From an uncultured candidate division Zixibacteria bacterium (lineage in GTDB: Bacteria > Zixibacteria > MSB-5A5 > GN15 > FEB-12), in contig OY760907.1 in NCBI GenBank assembly GCA_963664195.1, positions 160,001 to 224,000 of the forward strand: a stretch of 64,000 nt of DNA, in the 5' to 3' direction. The notes beneath the pieces are model-generated. The model worked only from the letters and a program-made list of their open reading frames with translations, was not told the origin of the DNA and ran no database searches. Positions 1 to 10,034 of the stretch are shown piece after piece. Position 1 is the first letter of the stretch; each line of letters starts with the position of its first letter. Position numbers and translations under genes: made by a program.

Positions 1-270
1 GCCTCCACCGCCGCCCTCGCCATACGAAATAGTATCCGTACCGAGGTTCACAAGCACATTGGTGAGTTCGTTTCCGTACAACGCCTGCAACGTTATGCCG
101 CTGCCGCTGGAACTCAGGCGAGTCCCCGCAAGGACAAGCGTATCCATAGCGTCTGATGAATGATCGTTGGCGTCAAACGTGTACGGCAATGACGTAATCA
201 CGTGAGTTTCCGCCAACACTAAACAAGGAAAGACCAGTGTTGCCAGCAGGACGCACATGAGCGTCCGCAT
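1..270 (-). CDS. Secreted hypothetical protein, 5' part only (runs off the window)
   Basis: Hand translation from ATG 270: MRTLMCVLLATLVFPCLVLA-ETHVITSLPYTFD..., open to base 1; signal-peptide-like start. Confidence 0.7.
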   Translation of the reverse strand, partial: MRTLMCVLLATLVFPCLVLAETHVITSLPYTFDANDHSSDAMDTLVLAGTRLSSSGSGITLQALYGNELTNVLVNLGTDTISYGEGGGGG

Positions 271-1202
271 GACAGGTATCCCGCGTATTTTTCGATGGAG
301 CCTAGTTACCATAAATCCTCCTCAACTATGCCTTCTCCTGGTTCCAGAAAAGCCAATTTCACAACATCTTGGTGCCCCGATGCTCCAGGGGGCGGCTGTA
401 GTTTGAGCGTTCGAAATCGTATCATGTATGTAAAAGAATCGGCAGGTTTTATACAATCTGCCGCACTCAGCAATAAAGTTATTTCGTCGCCCGTTGTCAT
501 CAACAACAATTCCTTCTTTTCGATTCTAGAAAGTTTGACGCAATTACGCATCGATTCCGTTAGGACTAAGCAATTCCGGCTCCCACTGGCGACCTTGAAT
601 CAAATACCTAATGTCCTGTACAACAACACATTGCAAACGTTACAGTACTATACGGATCAACTTGCCGCAAGCGAGTGCTCAGATTCTGCACAGCATTCCG
701 CTTTGTCAATATCTGGCAAGAACTTGGCCCATGCCCTACAATCGTACAATGCACAGTCAGGAAACCGCGAAACGACGTAAGCACAATGTCGAAAGGATGC
801 CAATCACTGCTCGACGACCAATCCCCGGTTTGCCTCCACCTCCAGATTGCAGAACTGCTATTGTCTCGAGTTTCTCCGGTCGGTTCCTGTAGATGCCGGA
901 TGACGGTATCGTGGAAAGGAACGGTGTGGCGCGCGACCGAAGTTGGAAATTCTCTGATCCGATTTCCCGGAATCAGCGCGGCGAGCTTCTCTGTCACGGC
1001 GCTTCTGGGAACAGGTTTGAGTGTACTTATCCAGGAAACTACGTGCTGTGTCTGGCAACCATACGATTATCAGAGCAGCAAGTAATGTCATGAAGGCTTA
1101 ACCGGACTCGGCTGCTGTTGGAGACCCCGCAGAAGTAATCACAAAGAGAGACTACGATTTAGTACCATTTGAGTAATTGGAGGGATATCTGAACTCCGCA
1201 AC

Positions 1203-1931
1203 TCAGCCGAGTCTCTTTTTAACTCGGAATAATTCATCCGGTTTAAAGAAAGCATGTATCGCAAAAAAGAGCAACCGAAGGCCATTAGCAATTCTCTGGT
1301 CTCGGTAGCAGCATCATCCGTAAGGATATTATAATAGACTTTCTCATATATTAGACTTCCAGCAAAATACCCTATGTAAGACAATGGCAGAACAGGAACT
1401 GCGAATTTCTGAATCAGCTCCTTACCCTTTTTGAATAGTGAAATTCCCGGTAATAAAAAGCCTACTACCAACATAAATATGGACAACAGTCCTGTGTGTA
1501 TCCCATTCAGATACTCCATCCTGGATTTGTGTCAAATTGTGAAGATTAAACTCGTTCTGTGCATTTAGATTTCTAACAGCCTCAGGCGTATCAAAATGAA
1601 AATACCACTGTCCCCAACTGGCTTCTTCACCCATGAAAAGAAACATTAAAGCCGCCCACGCGATTATGAAGAAATACTGCCACTTCCCATCTCTGGACTT
1701 CAGAAACTCACTCCGTCGAGCACCTAGAATGAACCCCAGACAGGACAATCCCAAAAACACTGCTGTGAGAATTTCAACCAGACCGTCTTCATAAGATTGT
1801 CTTCCCAGTGTAGTGGGGCTAACTTGAGCCCAAATCACGAAAAGCGCGACTATTCCTAGAGCAACTATATTACCAATAAGAAATTCCTTGAGGTCAAAAC
1901 TTCTTAGATCAGTAAATTTGTCAGAGTCCAT
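1203..1931 (-). pseudogene. Multi-TM membrane protein interrupted by two frameshifts (pseudogene or sequencing error)
   Basis: ORF 1422-1931 has TM helices and EEASWGQ...NAQNEFNLHN; hydrophobic sequence continues in ORF 1139-1519, then in a third frame (LLFFAIHAFFKPDELFRVKKRLG*, stop at 1203). Confidence 0.65.
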
Positions 1932-1985
1932 TTGTCATATCCTTTATCTATCAGGTTTGATCTGCACGTCGTCAGAGCAATCAGT

Positions 1986-2192
1986 CTATGTATCTGTCCG
2001 TTTCGCGGCAAACATTGTATAGAAGTGAGCGCGGTAATCATGACCGCAAAGAATATCAATGTTATTGCCGGACAAATACTCCCTGAAAATGATAACATCG
2101 GTCATTTCACCTTTGGCAGACTTCGCGCCACAACGAAGCTGTTTCTCCAACCCGCTATGGAAATGCGATGCGCGAGGATGCGAGGCTATCAA
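1986..2192 (-). pseudogene. Possible remnant of a GT4 glycosyltransferase N-terminal domain
   Basis: NIDILCGHDYRAHFY resembles the GT4 DIxHxHxY strand; directly follows a GT2 gene. Confidence 0.3.
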
Positions 2193-2193
2193 A

Positions 2194-3378
2194 TTAGTCT
2201 TTGCTCTCTCTGTCAGTGCGAACCCAGCTCAACTTCCCTGACTTGAATACTGCGGTCAATTGTATGAAGAGAAACCACAAACCATAGATGGGTATGAACA
2301 GCAAAGCCTTGAAAGCCTCTTGTTTCTCATCCATATAGAAAATGCCAGAAATGTTATAGACGATAATGAGTCCAATCAGAGATAGGCACCAATACACAAG
2401 CAGTAGTTGATGAGCCGGACCTGTGAAAACACAAAACAATAGAATCGCGGAAGTAATATAAATTAATAACGGTCTACTAAGAAGTAGGAATGAAAATCCC
2501 AATTCAATCAACTCGGGTCTTCTCTTCTTGATCCCATGACAAACGAGCCCAAATACCTTTTCCTTAATTAGTTGTATAGTGCCGCTTGCCCATCTAAGTT
2601 TCTGGCTTGATGATTGCTTGAACGAAGAGGTAGCGGCTGAAAGCACAGAGCTATTCATATTAAAATCTATGGTAACACCGGCTTTAAGAAGATTGACTGC
2701 ATAATCTACATCTTCTGTTATTGAGAATGAATCCCAGGGATGTTCTATTAGTATTTCTGATTTCATGGCCATTCCGTTACCACGTAACAAAATCGGCAGT
2801 TTCATTATACTGCGAGCATTATAGAATAGAATGTTCTCTGCAACGCTTGCCATGTGCATTAAGTAGGATAGACTGTTTTTCTTTTTTGCTATAAATCCAT
2901 AATACAGTTGGACGGCCCCGGCACCATTTTCAAATGATTGTGCCATCGCATGTAACATATTGCTCTTCACGATAGTATCTGCATCGACAATTACGACTGC
3001 ATCAAATTGCGTTAGATCAAGTTGAGCCATGGCCCAATGCAGAGCGTGCCCTTTTCCTCGTTCGTTTTCACTGAATCTCTCAAGGACCTTCATATTGTTC
3101 GATCTGACAATATCTGCTGTTTTGTCGTCACAATTGTCAGCGATAACAACGATTTCAATCTTACCGTGCGGTTCGAGTTCATTTAGGCTGTGCAAAGTCG
3201 TCTCGATATCTTGTTCTTCATTGTGAGCAGGAACAAGTATGAGGAAATCGTATTGTCTTGAAATCTCCGGATAGCTCCTTGCTTTCGTAATCCCAATGAG
3301 AGCAAGGAAGCAAAGATATACAACCGCAATTGATACCGGGATCAACAGAAATAATATTATGTAGTCTATTATGAGCAT
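2194..3378 (-). CDS. Family 2 glycosyltransferase, membrane-bound processive type
   Basis: VPAHNEE, ADNCDD, GKGHAL, VDAD, TED, QKLRW motifs; N- and C-terminal TM helices. Confidence 0.92.
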   Translation of the reverse strand: MLIIDYIILFLLIPVSIAVVYLCFLALIGITKARSYPEISRQYDFLILVPAHNEEQDIETTLHSLNELEPHGKIEIVVIADNCDDKTADIVRSNNMKVLERFSENERGKGHALHWAMAQLDLTQFDAVVIVDADTIVKSNMLHAMAQSFENGAGAVQLYYGFIAKKKNSLSYLMHMASVAENILFYNARSIMKLPILLRGNGMAMKSEILIEHPWDSFSITEDVDYAVNLLKAGVTIDFNMNSSVLSAATSSFKQSSSQKLRWASGTIQLIKEKVFGLVCHGIKKRRPELIELGFSFLLLSRPLLIYITSAILLFCVFTGPAHQLLLVYWCLSLIGLIIVYNISGIFYMDEKQEAFKALLFIPIYGLWFLFIQLTAVFKSGKLSWVRTDRESKD

Positions 3379-3442
3379 GCTCTACCAATGATCTACCTTC
3401 CAAACGTTACATGAGACTAATATACGTTAGAGGTATTCCATT

Positions 3443-4035
3443 TCTACGTCTTCAAACACTTCGGACATCGGTGGTTGAAAACTAAGACACAGTCTGTTCT
3501 TATGCAATCGCCTTTTTGTAGTTTCTTCTTCTTAGTTCCATTGTTCGTTCTTTGATTCGATGTCTATCCTCGACTATCCTGTCATTGCGACTTCTATTAA
3601 CATCTGGCGGAATGCAGTTTTTCAACGACTCATGATACGGTTCGTTGTCGCTGTGCACCACATAGTTCTCAATCTAAACGTTCAACTTAGCCGGCGATTA
3701 GCAATGGTCCGACAACAGGATATCCCTCGTCGAACGGATTTACTGCTCGATCCTGCCCTGAGCCATGGAATGATACGGCCGGCCCGGAGGCGACTCAGCG
3801 ATGGCCAGACCAATCCTTTCGATTACATCTTCGGTCGACATCCTGGTACGGAGCTTCTGTGGCAGGATGCGCAGAGGGTAGTCTTCAAGCACTGTTGCCG
3901 GATAGTAGCAACTTCTGCGGATCACTTTCAGATGTGCAAATCGGCACTCAGCACAGCAAAGTTGGAACCGGTGATCAGATCGTTTGCCTTTGACCTTCAG
4001 GCCGCACTGGGGACTGGTGATCTCCTCCAATTGAC
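3443..4035 (-). mobile_element. Degenerate IS481-family transposase remnant with probable right end
   Basis: One frame through three stops reads ITSP...FAHLKVI...YYPATVLEDY...KLRTRMSTEDV...PYHSMAQGRIEQ*...YHESLKNCIPPDV...RIKERTME; IR-like 3443-3467. Confidence 0.8.
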
Positions 4036-4106
4036 GAAGGCGGAGTTGAAACGCAAATAAACGACCTTGCTGAATTCCTCCGCTCTTGGCATATTGCAGA
4101 AACGAT

Positions 4107-5003
4107 ATGGATGACATCAGGCAAAGCGAAAGACAAAACGTGACCAACTGCTTTCATGTTTCAGACCTGCACGGGTTCAAATCTCTCTATCTGAAACTGT
4201 TCTCGGCGATCGAACAGGACCGTCCGAAAGTCGTCTTCCTGGGTGGCGACCTGCTGCCTCACGGTTTCAACAGCTACAACGATCCAAGCGACGGCCCGGG
4301 AGGATTTCTGGGAGGCTTTCTGGCCGACAGACTCACCGGGCTGCGCGAGGAATTGGGGAGCGACTATCCGGAGATTCTTGTCATTCTCGGGAACGATGAT
4401 CCCCGTGCCAAAGAAATCCGTGTGAAGGAAATCGAGGCTCTGGGAATCTGGAAATACATCCACAACCGACGCCTGCAAGTTGGTGACTTCACGATCTACG
4501 GATATGCTTGTGTGCCGCCCTCGCCGTTCCTGCTCAAAGACTGGGAACGATACGATATATCCCGATATGTTGACCCGGGGTGTGTCTCCCCGGAAGACGG
4601 CCGACGTTCGGTACCGGTCGAACCGCATGAATCGAAGTATAGGACTATTCAGCGGGATTTGGAGGCACTGACAGGCGACATCGACCTGTCGAGAAGCATC
4701 TTCTTGTTCCACACCCCTCCCTACCAGACAAACCTTGATCGGGCCGCGTTGGACGGCCAGATGGTCGATCATGTACCCCTGGACGTCCACATCGGATCAC
4801 AGGCGGTCAGGCGATTTATCGAAGCGCGGCAGCCGTTGCTCACGCTTCACGGCCACATTCACGAATCAACGAGGATTACCGGCCAGTGGCAGGACCGGCT
4901 CGGGAAGACACTCATGTTTAACGCCGCCACCGACGGTCCCGAGCTGTCAATTGTCAAATTCACGCTCGAGGATCCGGCTGCTGCGACTCGACTGCTGGTT
5001 TAG
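4107..5003 (+). CDS. Calcineurin-like metallophosphoesterase (Icc-related)
   Basis: SDLHG, GGDL, GNDD, FHTPP, HGHIHE motifs; start uncertain (ATG 4107 or GTG 4140). Confidence 0.9.
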   Translation: MDDIRQSERQNVTNCFHVSDLHGFKSLYLKLFSAIEQDRPKVVFLGGDLLPHGFNSYNDPSDGPGGFLGGFLADRLTGLREELGSDYPEILVILGNDDPRAKEIRVKEIEALGIWKYIHNRRLQVGDFTIYGYACVPPSPFLLKDWERYDISRYVDPGCVSPEDGRRSVPVEPHESKYRTIQRDLEALTGDIDLSRSIFLFHTPPYQTNLDRAALDGQMVDHVPLDVHIGSQAVRRFIEARQPLLTLHGHIHESTRITGQWQDRLGKTLMFNAATDGPELSIVKFTLEDPAAATRLLV

Positions 5004-5018
5004 CAGGCAATTCCGCTA

Positions 5019-8000
5019 CTACCTGATTCTCAGAGACCGGGCTGCGTCTGTTACAGCGCCAATCTTTGAAGCCCAACTGGTCTTCTTCTCGATGTCCGCG
5101 TCTGTGATTATATGTACGTCAAGTAGACCTTCGGACCTGTAACCGGTCTGCATGTAATTCGTCTCGGCAAGACTGAGGCTCCAGCCCTGCAACCAGGCTT
5201 CCATTATCTCGCGCTGATTGCTGTCTCCGCGGAAATGCACGAGCAGATCAATATCACTGGCCGGCCCGGCATTGGCATTTTTCGTGCTGCCGAACACGTA
5301 CAGATTCACCACTCCGAATTTATCAGCGTCGATCTCGTCTGCAATGCGCTCCACCATCTGCAACCGCCAACGCCAGAAATGATCGCTGGTGACGAGTTCC
5401 TCAACCCGAGGCATCGGTACGGCATCGGTCGTCTGCGACGGCAGCGCCAGAATGCCCATCGCTTGATCAAGCTCCGCGTTCATCAAGACTCTCAGGACTC
5501 TTCCCTGAGTCTCGTGAGGGATATCTATCAAGCGCACGGTATCAGCAAGTGCCGCATACTCAGGCGCCATCTCCGTCAGCAGATTGTCCGCCTTGAGCAG
5601 GAACGAGGTGTTCAAGTATCCGTCGTCGTCGTCAGGATAGAGTGGCAGATATCGAATATCCGCCTCCACCAGGTCCTGGAAAAAGTGTGTGCCAAACGAC
5701 AGATCCGGTACGTAGTTGCCCTTCCGCTGGGCAATCTCGATCAGGGCAGCCGTGTTGTTAATATCTGAGTACGTAACGCTGACACCGAGCTTAATGTCTC
5801 CCCGGCTTCCCCAGCGTCCCGGCCCCATGAGTATAAACCGATGTTTCGGCAGTAACTTGTTCAAGTGGCCCACCGCCCGACCGATTTCGAGCATCTCTGC
5901 CCGCGACGAAATCTCAGAATACCGTCTCGGGTCGACGTAGACAACATGCGAAATCTCTGGTACCCGGCCGTTGGAGACATACTTCGACGCGGAGAAGAGA
6001 ATCTGCTCTCTCGGCGTGCCCTTCGGAATCGGCGCCGGCGCCACGGTATCGGAATAGCTCTGCGAGCGGCACTGCAACAGATAGAAGTCTTTGCCGTCAA
6101 AAGCAAACTCGATATCCACCGGCTGCCCGAGCGTCTCCTGCAGCGTATCGAGTATCGCTTTCATCTGCCTAACAAACGGCGTCCTTGTCACAAGCCCGTC
6201 GAAAGTCGTTATCATGTCATCAGAACCGTAGTCCAGCGCCATGTAGGACGAGGTCCGAATATGATTATCGCTGTACACCGACACCATGTAGTCGACACCC
6301 GGAAGATCGGCTCCATCGGCCTTCAAGAATTCCGATATCTCTATCGTGTCGAACGAATTCGTTTCGAGATTGATGACATCCATCTTCCTCGGCGAGTATG
6401 CGGCTACTTCATCCGGGCTAGTGTTCACTCTCAGTCCCGGTTGTCCCGGAGCAATGAGCACCGGGTAGTCATCGGAGAGGCGATCCACCGCGCGCGTTCC
6501 CAACCCCGGCACAAGGCGGATCAAGCCGTCCTCACGACGAATGCGCGGCGACCAGCGAAACTCATTCTTGCTGAAAGCAACCCCCGCGAAAGTCGGCAGG
6601 AAATACTTGCCAACCCGGGTACCCACCACCTCCTGAATCATGATGCCCATCTCCTCGCCGAAATCAAGCAACCCGCGCTCTGAGCGATACTCTATCGGGT
6701 CCGGACCAAATGTCGACGCGTACACTTCTGCAATGGCATCCATGAGGGCTTCCAGCCGCTCACGTTTCGATCCCTGGTTGGCCAGAAACAAACTCTTGTA
6801 CTTCCCTGAAAAGACCGCACCGGTACCGTCTTCGAGAAGACTGGAGCTGCGCACGATCAACGGGCGGTTACCGAACTCATCAAGCGATGCCGACAACCCG
6901 TTGACGATATCTGCCGGAAAATGCGCACTCTTGAACGTCTGGACGATGTGCGGATACTCGAATCGGACCTGGTTCAGCGGCTTGTATTTCTGCTCCACGA
7001 CCTCGTCGAAATTGTTGTAATGCATGAAATGCAGAAGGACGTCGGAAGTGATGAAACACGTCTTCGGCACCCGCACGTTGCGCAGCAACGGTTCGCTCTG
7101 TGCTTTCCTCTTCAGAATCTGCGAGGCAAGATACATTCCAGCACTCTTGCCGCCCAGCTTGCCATGACTCTCGGTGGAAAAAATCACACGGTTGAGCAAG
7201 TGGTAGAAGTCGCCCACGTCGATGAAATGCTTGGCAACGTTGATATACTGCAACTGATCCGAGAGGAATCGGCGAATCAACGAGACTTCAATCCCACGTT
7301 TGTTCGGCGATTCAATGTCCGGTTCATCCTCGGCCAAATGGTGATAGCGACGAATTGCGTCTGCTACCGCCGACAGTGAGAGGTTGCGGTTGACTACCTG
7401 CACCAGGAACGAAAGCTTGTCTTCCTGAACCCACTTCTGAATCAGGCTCAGCGTTTCATCGTCGGAGATGTGTTCCGCGGCCATTTTGAATACCGGCTCG
7501 CTGATGTCGGCCGAGAGGTCAGATCTCACCTGACGAAAGGGCTGATTCCATTCGCCGCCGAGAAGTGCTTCTTCGGACTTATGTCGATCCGGCGTCAGTG
7601 TCTGCAACAGAGCGTCGGCTTCCGCAATACCCTTGAGGCAGAGATGATTGAGCATCTTGCGGGCTATGCTGAGATGCAGGCCCCGGTCCGTCTGACGAAG
7701 CATCTGCAACACAATTCGCCATTTTGCCTGACCGGTAAGACCACCTGTTTTCGAAACACCTTCCCATCTGGTAACAACCCGTCGCATTTCCTGATGCATG
7801 ATCCAGTGTCCCAGGCGCTCGGCGATTGTCCGGACCAGCTTGGCCTCTTCCTTGAGGAACGGCCCTTCATCCCATTCCGGGCGTTCCTCGGTGTAAAACA
7901 CCTCAATCTCGCCGACTTCATCCTCGCCCGCCACGATGGTAGCTCGCTGGACCCATTCGGACACCTCAAAACCGGCACTCTTGTAAACTTCGCCGTCCAC

Positions 8001-8204
8001 CTTGACTCTGGTCACACAGACGTCTGGATACTGCCAGCCGCAAGGAATTGCCATAACAATCCGCTCACAAATCGCCGAGAGCGACGCATCGGTATCGTTA
8101 AGTATCTCCTCGATTCGATAAAGGCAGTTAAGCTCGTTGGCTCGCTCCTGGAGCTGCTGAAGCAGTTTGTCGACAGATTTATCCCGTTTACGCCTGGCAT
8201 TCAT
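5019..8204 (-). CDS. PEP-synthase/PPDK-like ATP-grasp protein with GAF-like N-terminus and C-terminal nucleotidyltransferase domain
   Basis: ELNCLY...GWQYP sensor-like region; LGGKSAG, VRSSSLLED, MIQEVVG, DIEFA, LLQCR; GPGRWGS...SFGTHFF; FGSTK...SDIDL...LLDVH. Confidence 0.88.
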   Translation of the reverse strand: MNARRKRDKSVDKLLQQLQERANELNCLYRIEEILNDTDASLSAICERIVMAIPCGWQYPDVCVTRVKVDGEVYKSAGFEVSEWVQRATIVAGEDEVGEIEVFYTEERPEWDEGPFLKEEAKLVRTIAERLGHWIMHQEMRRVVTRWEGVSKTGGLTGQAKWRIVLQMLRQTDRGLHLSIARKMLNHLCLKGIAEADALLQTLTPDRHKSEEALLGGEWNQPFRQVRSDLSADISEPVFKMAAEHISDDETLSLIQKWVQEDKLSFLVQVVNRNLSLSAVADAIRRYHHLAEDEPDIESPNKRGIEVSLIRRFLSDQLQYINVAKHFIDVGDFYHLLNRVIFSTESHGKLGGKSAGMYLASQILKRKAQSEPLLRNVRVPKTCFITSDVLLHFMHYNNFDEVVEQKYKPLNQVRFEYPHIVQTFKSAHFPADIVNGLSASLDEFGNRPLIVRSSSLLEDGTGAVFSGKYKSLFLANQGSKRERLEALMDAIAEVYASTFGPDPIEYRSERGLLDFGEEMGIMIQEVVGTRVGKYFLPTFAGVAFSKNEFRWSPRIRREDGLIRLVPGLGTRAVDRLSDDYPVLIAPGQPGLRVNTSPDEVAAYSPRKMDVINLETNSFDTIEISEFLKADGADLPGVDYMVSVYSDNHIRTSSYMALDYGSDDMITTFDGLVTRTPFVRQMKAILDTLQETLGQPVDIEFAFDGKDFYLLQCRSQSYSDTVAPAPIPKGTPREQILFSASKYVSNGRVPEISHVVYVDPRRYSEISSRAEMLEIGRAVGHLNKLLPKHRFILMGPGRWGSRGDIKLGVSVTYSDINNTAALIEIAQRKGNYVPDLSFGTHFFQDLVEADIRYLPLYPDDDDGYLNTSFLLKADNLLTEMAPEYAALADTVRLIDIPHETQGRVLRVLMNAELDQAMGILALPSQTTDAVPMPRVEELVTSDHFWRWRLQMVERIADEIDADKFGVVNLYVFGSTKNANAGPASDIDLLVHFRGDSNQREIMEAWLQGWSLSLAETNYMQTGYRSEGLLDVHIITDADIEKKTSWASKIGAVTDAARSLRIR

Positions 8205-9951
8205 GTTGAATCACTCCGCGGCCGGTTCGGCCGTCAACTTTCACTCTTAAACGTCCCTTAACTCGAATCCGTCGCACGTACGTGGTTTCTTCAATCACCT
8301 CAAGATCGCTCAGCGCATCCCAGTTGATCGAGAGATCACTGTCGTGCCGCACACAGAAATACGGAATCTGCATGCCACAAATATTGTGAAAGAAATGAGA
8401 TCCCTGGCTCAAATCCACAAACATTTCCGGCAGGGTTGCCTCGACAATCACCTTCGCCCGGGTAATATGCCCCCAGTCAACCGGTATGCCCAGCCAGCGG
8501 TCTGAGCTCCCCCAACGACCAAACCCGATCAGAGCGTACTGCGCGTCATCCCGGGCAGCATTGCGATTGATCTTGAATACGTCAGCTGCGATGACGGCTG
8601 TCTTCTCTCGCTCGAACGCCTCCGGTTTGACGTACACGATCTCCGTTACGGTGTCGATGATCCCGTTGCCGAGCACGCGGTCGGAGGCGACTATTGTTCG
8701 TTTGTCCCGGTAGTCTTCGTCTTCAACCGTAACCTTCTGGTCCGATACAACCATCGGTCGCACCTGAAGGAACCCGAACCTCGGTGTTGTCCGTTTCAAA
8801 TGGTCAATGGTGACAGCGAACTCGATTTCCACCGGCGTTCCGAGTGCCTTCTCGAATGCCTCCAAAAGATCACGCACCAGATCGTTGATCGGCAGCAGCC
8901 GCCCTCGAATGGTCGGAGCGAAATTAAGCAATCGCGCACCGGGACGGCCGACACCCTGAACCAATCGATCGTTTTCGGGTTGGTAGGTCGAGGCTACCTC
9001 AGCCAACGTATTGTCGAGTTCCGCCTCCGCCAGACCGGCCTGCACCATGTACTCGGTCTCTACCATCGGATCGAAAGCCGGCGCCTTACCCATATTAACC
9101 GCCCAGAATTTCGTCTGGGAGTTCTTGAGCTGCTCGTGCAGCGTCACTGGCGGATCACTCCCGGGAAACCTCGGACAATACGTCCAACACCGGTCGCCGT
9201 CGACGATGCTCTTGCCCAAACCGAGAGCGAGATCGACGACGCCGTCTTCCGGCCGCGCATGTCCCGCCGAATAGAAATTGTACGATCTGGCCACGCCGGA
9301 GATATTGGGATAGAAACGTTCGTCGTGGCGACGCCCGACAACTTCCTGTATAATCACGGCCATCTTTTCTTTCGAAATGTCCCGCTTTGTCATACCGAAG
9401 TATCCGCGAGCTACCTTGAAGTAGGTCGAGGCATACACGAATTTGATGGCATCAACCAGCTTGTGAAAACGGGCGTCGGCGTCGGGCTGGTTGTTCGGAA
9501 TCATCTTGGTGCCGTATACACCGGCGAACGGTTCGTACATCGCGTCCTCGAGCAGACTTGAGGAGCGCACGGCAAGAGGAGTACGAACAGCGTTTACAAT
9601 GGCCCGCAGATCTCCGGCGAATTCCGCCGGAAATTCTGCCCGCTGAAAAGCGTTGGCGATGCGGTCATCCTCTGCTTCCCGGTCAAGGGCTATCTCGGAC
9701 AACCCGTTGCGTTTCATAAACGCGTCAAAAACGTCCGTTCCTATGACCACAAAACGCGGCACAGAGATCGTCATTCCCTCGAATGACCCGGTATCATAGG
9801 TGTCGCGCAACACCCGGTCGGCCAGCGCCAGGCCTGTTGCTTTGCCCCCAATAGGCCCGCATCCCACTATCGATACCGAGTCATCGCTGTCAAAGAAACG
9901 GCGATCGAATCGAGGAATAGATTCGGTTGTGATGTCATTCGGTCTGGTCAC
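8188..9951 (-). CDS. PEP-synthase/PPDK-like ATP-grasp protein (second paralog)
   Basis: IGGKATG, VRSSSLLED, IIQEVVG, EIEFA, LQVRP, GFGRWGS, SQGSHFF; GTG start with GGAGG; overlaps the next gene by 17 nt. Confidence 0.88.
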   Translation of the reverse strand: MTRPNDITTESIPRFDRRFFDSDDSVSIVGCGPIGGKATGLALADRVLRDTYDTGSFEGMTISVPRFVVIGTDVFDAFMKRNGLSEIALDREAEDDRIANAFQRAEFPAEFAGDLRAIVNAVRTPLAVRSSSLLEDAMYEPFAGVYGTKMIPNNQPDADARFHKLVDAIKFVYASTYFKVARGYFGMTKRDISKEKMAVIIQEVVGRRHDERFYPNISGVARSYNFYSAGHARPEDGVVDLALGLGKSIVDGDRCWTYCPRFPGSDPPVTLHEQLKNSQTKFWAVNMGKAPAFDPMVETEYMVQAGLAEAELDNTLAEVASTYQPENDRLVQGVGRPGARLLNFAPTIRGRLLPINDLVRDLLEAFEKALGTPVEIEFAVTIDHLKRTTPRFGFLQVRPMVVSDQKVTVEDEDYRDKRTIVASDRVLGNGIIDTVTEIVYVKPEAFEREKTAVIAADVFKINRNAARDDAQYALIGFGRWGSSDRWLGIPVDWGHITRAKVIVEATLPEMFVDLSQGSHFFHNICGMQIPYFCVRHDSDLSINWDALSDLEVIEETTYVRRIRVKGRLRVKVDGRTGRGVIQHECQA

Positions 9952-10034
9952 ACTGCCCTCCGTCCGCGCGGTTGAACTGGTCGGCGAATATCCCTTCCGC
10001 CGACCAATATCGTGAATAGAAAGATACTCCGCGG

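Noticed and set aside
295..1093. Overlapping short ORFs on both strands
   Set aside because: No recognisable motif or RBS in any frame examined
3560..4060. 166-aa plus-strand ORF
   Set aside because: Antisense shadow of the IS481 remnant
5019..9951. Annotation as ppsA or ppdK
   Set aside because: Neither protein has the C-terminal PEP/pyruvate-binding barrel
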